Position numbers and translations under genes: made by a program. DNA of 64,000 nucleotides from Candidatus Omnitrophota bacterium (GTDB lineage: Bacteria > Omnitrophota > Gorgyraeia > S143-82). The notes beneath the pieces were generated by a model, which had not been told where the DNA came from, searched no databases, and saw only the letters and a list, made by a program, of their open reading frames with translations. Location: assembly GCA_015494465.1 (NCBI GenBank), contig WGBD01000004.1, positions 132,627 through 196,626 of the forward strand, read 5' to 3'. Each line of letters begins with the position of its first letter. Within the stretch, counting starts at the first letter, position 1. Positions 56,741 through 64,000 of this stretch are shown here, piece after piece.

Positions 56741-58558
56741 CTACTTCTCTCTCAGGTAGCTGTCGATACCCTCAGCGGCCTTTTTACCGTCAGCCACCGC
56801 AGAGATGGCATCCCGGACCGAGTTGCCTATGTCACCACCAGCAAAGACCCCCTCCACCGTGGTCATCATACGCTCGTCCAGTTTGACCCGGGAGCCGACC
56901 CACTGTATCTTTTCCTTAATGGCGTCAGGGGTGAAGGACAGGTCTGCGCCCTGACCGACCGCCTCTATCACCGTATCCGCAGGGATCTCTACGGCGTCGT
57001 TTTCGTCGAAGCTGGGATTGAACTTACCAGATTCATCCCTTAACCTCAGCACCTTGTAGGCCCTAAAACCGACCACCTTGCCGTTCTTTACCAGGATCCC
57101 TTCCTTGCCCCGAGGGGCACCTCTCTTCACCTCGAATTTAACCCCCTCTTCCAAGGCCTCCTCAATCTCCTCTTTAAAGGCAGGCATCTCGTCCCAATCT
57201 TCCAAACAGACTACCGTTGCATTCACCTCACCGTAGGTGATCATCTGGAGCCTCAGGGCACTCCTAACCGCATCCATTGCTACATTCCCTCCACCGATGA
57301 CGACCACACGCTTGCCGATCTCGACCTTCTCTCCCATCCTCAGCTTGCGCAAGAAGTCCACAGCCTGCCACACCCCTTCCGCAGACTCGTTGGCTACACC
57401 TGCCTTGAGCCCCACTTGCAGACCGCAGGCCAAGTAGACCGCATCGTAATCCTTCAAGAGATCCTCGAAGTTGACATCCTTGCCCACCTCAACGCCGGTC
57501 TTAATGTTCACGCCTATTGCCTCTATGAGGCTCACATCCTTACCTATCACATCGTTAGGCAGTCGATAAGCGGGTATACCGTAGCGGAGCATACCCCCCA
57601 CTTCCTCGTTCTTCTCGAAGACATCCACATCGTAACCCATCCTCCTCAAGTAGAAAGCACAGCTCAATCCACTGGGCCCCGCACCAACTATAGCCACCTT
57701 CTTACCCAATGACTGGGACGGTTTAAACTCCTCCACCAACTTGTCGTAGTCTACCTGCTTAACCGCGTAACCCTTGAGGTACATAATCTGGAGGGAATCA
57801 CCCCGCAACGATATCGCACAATTGTCCTGACAACGATGGGTACATATAGTACCACACACTCCCGAAAGCGGGTTGTCCTCCAACATTATCCTCACCGCAC
57901 TTTCGTATCTCTCAAAGTATATCTCACGAATGTAGTCGCCTATTTTCATCCTAGCAGGACAACCGAGACGACACACATCGCACTCCATACAACGCATCGC
58001 CTCTTGGAGGGCCCGTTCCCGATCGTACCCAGTGGTGATCAACTCGAAGCCCTTCTTCCTCTCCTCCGCAGGTAGTATCTCCACTGGCACCGCATCCACA
58101 TGGAATATAGAGGTCTCAGGAGAAGACTGCCACCCCTTGTTCTCTAGTCCGGCCTTATCCGGTTGGAAGTAATAGACATCCGGATCGTAAGATATCCAGG
58201 TAAATTCCTTAGTCATTGCAAGCGATCCGCTAGGGCAAACATCCACACATAGCGCGCAAAAACAGCACCTACCGTAATCCATCCAAGGCCTTTGGGGTTT
58301 TCTCCCTGGCATCTCTTTGGGCAAAGAGGGATCTTCCACCATAGTAATCGCCGAAGTCGGACAGATGTCCGCACAATTCCCGCAACCTATACACTTATCC
58401 AGATCGTTAGTGTGGAAACCCCGATATCTCGGTGAGACCTCCTTTTTTTCCGAAGGGATCTTCACCGTTATAGGACGCTGGAAGAGAAACTTTATCGCCA
58501 GTAAAGGCTCCAAAAGGGACTTGCCGTGATCGTAATAGAGGTACTTCTTTTCAGCCAT
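56741..58558 (-). CDS. FAD/NAD(P)-dependent oxidoreductase with an N-terminal 2x[4Fe-4S] ferredoxin domain (glutamate synthase small-subunit-like).
   Basis: CIGCGNCADICP and CCFCALCVDVCP; a GltD-type CDVCRLGCP cluster; VAIVGAGPSGLSCA and VVIGGGNVAMD Rossmann motifs. Confidence 0.75.
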   Translation of the reverse strand: MAEKKYLYYDHGKSLLEPLLAIKFLFQRPITVKIPSEKKEVSPRYRGFHTNDLDKCIGCGNCADICPTSAITMVEDPSLPKEMPGRKPQRPWMDYGRCCFCALCVDVCPSGSLAMTKEFTWISYDPDVYYFQPDKAGLENKGWQSSPETSIFHVDAVPVEILPAEERKKGFELITTGYDRERALQEAMRCMECDVCRLGCPARMKIGDYIREIYFERYESAVRIMLEDNPLSGVCGTICTHRCQDNCAISLRGDSLQIMYLKGYAVKQVDYDKLVEEFKPSQSLGKKVAIVGAGPSGLSCAFYLRRMGYDVDVFEKNEEVGGMLRYGIPAYRLPNDVIGKDVSLIEAIGVNIKTGVEVGKDVNFEDLLKDYDAVYLACGLQVGLKAGVANESAEGVWQAVDFLRKLRMGEKVEIGKRVVVIGGGNVAMDAVRSALRLQMITYGEVNATVVCLEDWDEMPAFKEEIEEALEEGVKFEVKRGAPRGKEGILVKNGKVVGFRAYKVLRLRDESGKFNPSFDENDAVEIPADTVIEAVGQGADLSFTPDAIKEKIQWVGSRVKLDERMMTTVEGVFAGGDIGNSVRDAISAVADGKKAAEGIDSYLREK

Positions 58559-58671
58559 ATCTCACCCCTGAATCTAAGAATCCCACTGACTCACACCATC
58601 CCTAAAAATTGGCTAATATTATATACCCGATAAAAAAAAATTTAAACCAAATCTGCGCATCATCCTAGCGG

Positions 58672-58938
58672 TTATAGGATGTACACGAAAATCCCTCCCA
58701 ATAAACCGCCGATAACTCCCCATCCCGCAATCCCGGCCACCTTTCTCCACTTTGGATTCCCCGGTTTCAATATTTCTATCTTTTTCACATAGATTATTTC
58801 GCACCCCTTGTCATCTCTGGTCGTACTCGTAGGGCGATAGCCGGACCACGGCTTGAGAGTGATCTTTTCCAGGCGCAGAAATCCGTCTCTACCTACTCCC
58901 CTCACGAGTCTATAGTTGCATAGCAAACCCTTGATCAA
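58672..58938 (-). CDS. Small protein with a C-terminal glycine-zipper transmembrane segment.
   Basis: 88-aa ORF with a TTG start. AGIAGWGVIGGLLGGIFVYIL is glycine-zipper-like. It may be a shifted continuation of the upstream gene. Low-GC region. Confidence 0.25.
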   Translation of the reverse strand: MIKGLLCNYRLVRGVGRDGFLRLEKITLKPWSGYRPTSTTRDDKGCEIIYVKKIEILKPGNPKWRKVAGIAGWGVIGGLLGGIFVYIL

Positions 58939-58949
58939 TATCTGATCAC

Positions 58950-59447
58950 CTACCCGAACGAAAGTATTTTTCGGGCTATATCTTCGTCGTCAGTCAGGAG
59001 GTGATTATTTGAGAAACCTCGCATATCAAATGCCTCGCTATAATACCTTACCCACCCCGTCCAGTCTCCATGGGAATATCTCGCCTCCAGATATGGTCCC
59101 TTTAAGTTGTCCCCGTATACCAGTGAAAAATCAGCTATGTTCAGTGTATCGCCCGAATCCCTATGGCTGATGTCTATCCACGAATTGCTGTGATGAAGGG
59201 AGACGACCAGACCGTATATAGTGTAATCGTAAAGGGCAACGACTTCGTATTCGTCTCCTTCCACACTCTTTAATACGAACTTCATTGGTGTTATCCTTAC
59301 CTGTCTCGGCCAAGAATATAACTGAGGCAGGATTTCGTTCTTACCCGGCAAGGCCTTGGGCTTGATACTGGCAGGGATATATATCACCATACACGCGAGC
59401 CCGCTAATAAAGACTATTCTTCTGACGAATTTGATAAGTTTGACCAT
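58950..59447 (-). CDS. Hypothetical membrane-anchored or secreted protein.
   Basis: N-terminal hydrophobic segment (IVFISGLACMVIYI). Stop is TAG. Lies immediately downstream of lgt. Confidence 0.4.
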   Translation of the reverse strand: MVKLIKFVRRIVFISGLACMVIYIPASIKPKALPGKNEILPQLYSWPRQVRITPMKFVLKSVEGDEYEVVALYDYTIYGLVVSLHHSNSWIDISHRDSGDTLNIADFSLVYGDNLKGPYLEARYSHGDWTGWVRYYSEAFDMRGFSNNHLLTDDEDIARKILSFG

Positions 59448-59450
59448 GGA

Positions 59451-60233
59451 CTACCTTTCTCTATCTTTCTTCTCTTGCTTTCCCCAAATATCCCTCAGCC
59501 CCGCGGAAAACACAAGAATCCCTATCAATGAGAGCCACTGAAACAAGGTTAACCCCAATATGTGTGGACTAACACGCAAAAACTCCTCAAAGAACCTAAA
59601 GCCGAAATAAGTTATACCGAAAATCACAAACAATTCTCCCGGCCTTGCGGTTTTTCTTTTACTCATAAGGTAAAGAAATAACCCCAACATAAACACCGAT
59701 TCGTACAGTTGTGTGGGATGTCTCAGCACACCGTCTCCGAAGTCAACTCCCAGACGACATCCTGTGGGCACTCCGAAGCAACACCCCCTAAAGAAGCATC
59801 CCAAACGCCCTATTGCAATGCCTATAGCAAGGGCAGGGGCAAAAAGATTCCCAAATCTTTCTCTTACCCCAACGCCGGCTTTCACCACCTTTGCCCCGAA
59901 GGTACCTCCCAAAATTCCCCCGGTCATGGTACGGGAAGAAAACAATGAAAATGGCAGAGTAGTAAAAAATTGCCTTATATTCAATAGATTGGCAAACAAA
60001 ACTGCGCCCAGGATTCCACCAAAAATCGACCCAAAGGCCACTAGCGGTGGCCTCCAATCATCACTCGAAATTCCACCCTCCTTCTTAAGAAACAAATATA
60101 CGAAAATGCCCACCGCAAACCCTAGCCCACTAAAGAACGGATAGGAATATATGTGGATTCCACCTATAGAAAAAAGGATAGGTCCTACTCCCCGATAGGA
60201 GACGCCTTCTGGAACATAATGAAAATCCAGCAT
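59451..60233 (-). CDS. lgt: Prolipoprotein diacylglyceryl transferase.
   Basis: Lgt signature GRLGCFFRGCCFG and the HPTQLYES motif. Polytopic. Stop is TAG. Confidence 0.8.
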   Translation of the reverse strand: MLDFHYVPEGVSYRGVGPILFSIGGIHIYSYPFFSGLGFAVGIFVYLFLKKEGGISSDDWRPPLVAFGSIFGGILGAVLFANLLNIRQFFTTLPFSLFSSRTMTGGILGGTFGAKVVKAGVGVRERFGNLFAPALAIGIAIGRLGCFFRGCCFGVPTGCRLGVDFGDGVLRHPTQLYESVFMLGLFLYLMSKRKTARPGELFVIFGITYFGFRFFEEFLRVSPHILGLTLFQWLSLIGILVFSAGLRDIWGKQEKKDRER

Positions 60234-60234
60234 A

Positions 60235-60507
60235 CTACTGCACCATTTGGAGGCCTACTGCGTATATTCCCAATGTAATACAAGCCCCCATCAACAACAC
60301 CCAAGGCAAGGCAAGATAAACCACACCCCACAACCAAGCACGATCATACTCTTTAGCTTTTACATAGCGATAAATCTTGTATCCAACAAACATGGTCATT
60401 AAAAATACTACCCCCAAAACAAGGGCTGAAATCACATTTCTATACACTGGAGAGTAAGGAGAGCCCGCCGAAAAAAAGTCCGATCCAATCAAAACCAACG
60501 AAAGCAC
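60235..60507 (-). CDS. Small integral membrane protein.
   Basis: 90 aa with three predicted transmembrane helices. Stop is TAG. Confidence 0.35.
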   Translation of the reverse strand: MLSLVLIGSDFFSAGSPYSPVYRNVISALVLGVVFLMTMFVGYKIYRYVKAKEYDRAWLWGVVYLALPWVLLMGACITLGIYAVGLQMVQ

Positions 60508-60596
60508 CTAAGAAATATATAAATAGATAAAAACCGCAAGACTTAAAATAGCCAAACCAATCATCTTTAAGACCTTATTCATATTATCCACCTCCC

Positions 60597-61250
60597 TTAA
60601 AATATCCTTGGTATAAACATTCCAACCTTCTCCCTATAGACCTTGTATTCGGGAAATCTCTCCATAAGCACAGTTTCCTCTTCTCTCGCCCTATAGTACA
60701 TCGTAGACACAAACACAAAACTGGTAAGTAAGAAGGCGATCCAATTGGAATACACAAAAGAGGCCCCATAAAACATCCATATCAGAAATGCATAGAGTGG
60801 ATGACGGACAATTCGGTAAACACCGGTACTCACCAAAGAGTGGTCCTGATAGACCTTTATATGGGTCAGACCATCTTCGTCCTAAAGAAATCCTTCCCAA
60901 TATATTAACTACGGCCCCTATAACCAAAAGGCCAGCTCCTATAACACACAAAACACCGTATATGTACCAAGGCAAAGGACTACAATTACATAAAATACAA
61001 AGAAAAACAAAAACATCGTAGCAGTCGCTACTACGGATTTCTTTTCAAGGACAAAATCACGCCTTCGATTGTACTTCAGGAAATCCCAAAATACCGCTAC
61101 CATCACTGCCATAGTGCTGAGGGAACAAACCCATCGGTTGGCTATACAAACAAGCGCTAAAGCAGAAGTTTTCACTTTCTCCCTCGGTGCCACATACTGT
61201 AAACAGAAAATGATATCCGCTTTAGGTCCGTAGTAATGATATGCACACAT
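60597..61250 (-). pseudogene. Isoprenylcysteine carboxyl methyltransferase (ICMT)/phospholipid methyltransferase-family gene broken by two frameshifts.
   Basis: Three overlapping ORFs in different frames (60939..61250, 60691..60975, 60597..60836). The last carries LVSTGVYRIVRHPLY...EE..L...F..Y..Y (the ICMT C-terminal signature). The middle carries ILGRISLG. A TAA lies just upstream of the C-terminal piece in its own frame. Confidence 0.45.
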
Positions 61251-61519
61251 TCCTTTTGGGCTGACTTTACATCAAAATTATACCTGTCTAAGAAAGTGGT
61301 TATCGTCAGAGGAAAGATGTGTTCATTGACATGTTCTATCTTCTTTGATTTTGGCCAAAGAAGAAAATCCTCTGGGAGGAAGGAAAACGCCTTTTTCAAA
61401 AATTCATCACTGATCTTTGGTCCACAGCAACTGCAGGCAAATCCCCTTTTTAGTATATCCTCTAAATCAAAGGCAAAGGTATTGTCTATGTCATCCAAAT
61501 ACTCGGCAACATCCACCAT
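61172..61519 (-). CDS. Hypothetical protein.
   Basis: 115-aa ORF containing a CSCCG motif. Low-GC region. Confidence 0.3.
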   Translation of the reverse strand: MVDVAEYLDDIDNTFAFDLEDILKRGFACSCCGPKISDEFLKKAFSFLPEDFLLWPKSKKIEHVNEHIFPLTITTFLDRYNFDVKSAQKECVHIITTDLKRISFSVYSMWHRGRK

Positions 61520-61572
61520 ATCAGCTATTGAGAAGGTATTACCCTACGCATCCTTAAACAAAAACGAAACAG

Positions 61573-62550
61573 CTACACGCTCAACATTGCACGCAAGCGG
61601 GAGGATACCACCTGTTTAAAGGCATCCGGCATCGTAGAATAGATATGCTCCACCACACCGGAAAGGGTAACCCTGTTAAGCCTCTTTACATCTTGGATTC
61701 TCCCCGAATAACACACAGGCTGGATATTTACTCCCCGAATAAAGTTCTCCTCCATTGCAACCCTAATAACATCTTTTATATCATTCTCATTAACTCCCCT
61801 TGCAACCCTCATTACCAAGGTCATTGGCACTTGTGCCTTCTGCAGGTTTCTTATTGCCTGCCTCTTTTCCCTAAGCAGATTTTCCCCTCGCAAAAACTCA
61901 TTTGCCTTTGCACCAAAACCGTCAAACTGCAGATACACCTCAAATCCGCCATCCCTTGCTATCTCCCCTAATGCCATAGCAAATGAAAGCTCTCTTGCAA
62001 TCCGCAGGCCATTTGTATTGAGTATCACATAATTGACTTTCAATTTCTTTATTCTGGAGATAATATCCAGTATATCAGGATGCATCGCAGGCTCGCTGCC
62101 GCTTATCTGCACGATCTCTGCCTTCCCACCTTCTGCCTCAACAAAAAACCGCGTCATTTCCAATACTTTCTCAACCGAAAGAAAACCTTCCTGCTTTTTA
62201 GACTATACATAACACACAAGACAACCCAAATCACATCCGTCGGCTACCTCAATAATGCCGATACAGCTATGCTGTTCGTGCTGAGGGCAAAGCCCGCAGT
62301 CAAACGGGCATCCACTCTCCAGCTCTGTCTGGGCCAAAATGCGGTTGCCGGGCTTGTCGTATCTTCTTCTGTGAAGCTAATACGGCAGGTATTCCTCTAA
62401 CAGGTCTATCTGCTGCCCGCACTCTGGGCAATGCCTGAGCAGATATGCCTCATCATTTTGTAGGATAATCTTACCTGGCAGTACCGCCAGACAATTCGGG
62501 CACAGGCAAACCGTTGCTTCGTGATATGTATAATCGCGTAATTCCTGCAT
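61573..62550 (-). pseudogene. Zinc-ribbon radical SAM enzyme (resembles the Tes/MJ0619-type radical SAM family) interrupted by two in-frame TAG codons.
   Basis: A single frame reads MQELRDYTYHEATVCLCPNCLAVLPGKIILQNDEAYLLRHCPECGQQIDLLEEYLPY-TAG(62377-62379)-LHRRRYDKPGNRILAQTELESGCPFDCGLCPQHEQHSCIGIIEVADGCDLGCLVCYV-TAG(62203-62205)-SKKQEGFLSVEKVLEMTRFFVEAEGGKAEIVQISGSEPAMHPD... It contains two CxxxCxxC motifs and a GGE-like ISGSEP motif. A TGA lies immediately upstream of ATG 62550. Confidence 0.5.
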
Positions 62551-62673
62551 TCAGTCCTCTTACTCTAAAGGATAGCCTTTCTACCATCCTAAAACTCCAC
62601 GGCCTAAGTCCCGGGGACAGGTGGTCTGTTAAAATGCGATTTCTCAAAGATCTCTCATTACCCCATTATCGGG

Positions 62674-62910
62674 TCATAAATATAACTTCTCCTGAGCTAT
62701 TTCTGATAGTGTGTTAAATGGGTCATCTAAAGAGGTAAAAATACGATCTTCACCCTCTTTCTGCGCTTCTGCTTTTCTAATCACCTTTTCAACCTCTTCA
62801 TAAGATATGCCCATTTCACCCATCAAATCCAACGCCTTACCTGAATAGAGTCGCCCGTTTATTATTTTTGGCTTATGAGGAGAAAACCTTCCAACTGGGG
62901 TTCTGTACAT
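62674..62910 (-). CDS. Small hypothetical protein (possibly DUF4258-like).
   Basis: 78 aa; GKALDLMGEMGISYEEVEKVI weakly resembles DUF4258. Confidence 0.25.
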   Translation of the reverse strand: MYRTPVGRFSPHKPKIINGRLYSGKALDLMGEMGISYEEVEKVIRKAEAQKEGEDRIFTSLDDPFNTLSEIAQEKLYL

Positions 62911-63479
62911 TCCGGCTTAGTACAAGACAGGGTTATAGCATCATCGCTGGCGCCCGGCAAAGAATCAGGCTTTCTCCCCAAGACATAACACTGCCATACA
63001 GAAACAGAGAGAAGCGCTAAAGGCCCACCCTGTTGTGGATGGGGATTTTTCTCAAAATGCCAACCAATCACAAGCCCATCACTTCTGTAGACAATATCAT
63101 CTCTTTCCCTCATTACTTTCTGCAATCTTATCCATTGCAGAAGTTCTTTTACAGAGCAAAAATGCTGTTGCCCCTCTTCCATATTTACCAGCATACCTTT
63201 AATTTCTGTGGGATAATACCCTCCCAAACTTCCATACCACCTTGACATCCTTGGCCACAAATTTATCTTTACTTCTTTCCCATCCCACTTAATCTGTCTT
63301 CCAACAGCGCCTACAGCCCTTATTTCTATCGCACCATTTTTGTTTGTTGCAGTAATGCGTATACCATCCGTCATTGCTGGTTCTTTGATAACTAAACCTA
63401 CCCTGTGAAAAAGGCCTCCACTTTTTGCCAAGAAATGCAACGCGACAGATAGCACAATAACAGCCACCAAGCAACTCAC
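62862..63479 (-). CDS. Hypothetical membrane-anchored protein.
   Basis: N-terminal transmembrane helix (MSCLVAVIVLSVALHFL). No recognisable domain. Confidence 0.35.
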   Translation of the reverse strand: MSCLVAVIVLSVALHFLAKSGGLFHRVGLVIKEPAMTDGIRITATNKNGAIEIRAVGAVGRQIKWDGKEVKINLWPRMSRWYGSLGGYYPTEIKGMLVNMEEGQQHFCSVKELLQWIRLQKVMRERDDIVYRSDGLVIGWHFEKNPHPQQGGPLALLSVSVWQCYVLGRKPDSLPGASDDAITLSCTKPECTEPQLEGFLLISQK

Positions 63480-63543
63480 ACCAAGTATAATGATCCTCTT
63501 ATCTCAGATGTTCATTGCACACCTCTTTTAGAGAAACCTCATT

Positions 63544-64000
63544 TTATAACCCTGCTTTACTGCGCGAAAGCAAGTTATCACTACTTATCTCTCGGCTTGT
63601 ATCCAAGAGTAAAACGAGTTTTATCTGCCCATCTTTTACTATAGGATAAAAAGAACGAATAGCATAGCTGTCTACTACGGTAAACGGAGTCTTGTTTTTT
63701 AGCATTTCACCAAATTTTTCCTTTTCTTTATACCGTGGGATAAACAATTTCGTGAGGGAATCGGAAACAGGTGTCGTATCCTTATAATCGCATTCCCAAG
63801 GCGTAATCTCATAAAAGACGAGCCGTCCTTCTTCTTTCTTGGGAATCAAGAGGCTAATAGCCCTTACATTTTCCTCCAGTGAAAGCAACAATTCGTCCCT
63901 CACAAAGTATAATTTGCCAATCGCTGCATTTTGATCAATAATGTCCAGCAAACGCTTCACCAACCGAGAGCCGGCAATGTCTCCTAATTCCTGTTCAATT
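63544..64000 (-). CDS. Hypothetical protein, probably 5'-truncated by the right window edge.
   Basis: The reading frame stays open upstream of the TTG at 63963 all the way to position 64000. Confidence 0.35.
   Translation of the reverse strand, partial: IEQELGDIAGSRLVKRLLDIIDQNAAIGKLYFVRDELLLSLEENVRAISLLIPKKEEGRLVFYEITPWECDYKDTTPVSDSLTKLFIPRYKEKEKFGEMLKNKTPFTVVDSYAIRSFYPIVKDGQIKLVLLLDTSREISSDNLLSRSKAGL

Noticed and set aside
61573-62550. Pyrrolysine or another recoding reading of the two in-frame TAG codons in the radical SAM gene.
   Set aside because: No pyl genes are visible. TAG clearly terminates neighbouring genes (lgt, fhs). The adjacent methyltransferase gene is also broken, so pseudogenisation is the simpler explanation. 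The recoding idea is kept only as a low-probability alternative in the finding.
1-64000. CRISPR arrays, insertion sequences, or prophage or toxin-antitoxin modules.
   Set aside because: No regularly spaced direct repeats and no transposase, integrase or phage structural signatures were seen in any frame. The 78-aa DUF4258-like ORF has no obvious antitoxin partner.

Overview
This 64 kb window comes from a moderately GC-rich bacterium (about 55-60% GC by eye). Almost every gene is on the minus strand; the only convincing plus-strand gene is a TPR protein at about 4.6-5.2 kb. No transposase, integrase or CRISPR array is present. The plus-strand ORFs in the supplied track are mostly antisense shadows of minus-strand genes.

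Ordinary content:
- A reduced division/cell-wall run, ftsB-like - mraY - murD - ftsW (5.2-8.9 kb).
- A full mreB-mreC-mreD-mrdA-rodA rod-shape operon (31.1-36.1 kb).
- aroA, fhs, lgt, a GH57 glycogen branching enzyme with a DUF4912 partner, and MazG.
- tRNA-Gly(CCC) at 17603-17675.
- A tmRNA (ssrA) at 21678-22067 that aligns to E. coli tmRNA and predicts an unusually long tag peptide.

Features worth a closer look:
- A 2116-aa ORF (48692-55042) contains a RelA/SpoT-type (p)ppGpp synthetase module with a degenerate HD domain, an internal two-helix transmembrane hairpin, a GHKL ATPase domain and a P-loop NTPase domain. This fusion appears novel. It is the first gene of an operon with a family-1 glycosyltransferase, a beta-helix surface protein carrying a G8/C8 homopolymer tract, a Nox-like flavoprotein and a radical SAM/SPASM enzyme. 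Directly downstream is a PEP-CTERM-type exopolysaccharide export set (Wza, Wzz, GspA-like ATPase, BY-kinase).
- A second giant gene (over 1490 aa) runs off the left edge on the minus strand and is missing from the ORF track. It starts at about 4474 with a papain-like C39-like peptidase domain followed by a Gly/Ser/Ala-rich segment.
- The last 5.5 kb (from about 58.6 kb) drops to mid-40s %GC and switches to TAG stop codons. It carries two apparent pseudogenes: an isoprenylcysteine carboxyl methyltransferase (ICMT)-family methyltransferase with two frameshifts, and a zinc-ribbon radical SAM enzyme whose conserved frame is interrupted twice by in-frame TAG.
- Further oddities: a type IV pseudopilin pair sitting in the same operon as an HD-GYP phosphodiesterase; a secreted protein with a poly-Asp block and a poly-Lys tail; a motility-accessory-factor (DUF115) homolog with no flagellin genes nearby; and a 1088-aa secreted HExxH protein translationally coupled to a DUF89 phosphatase.
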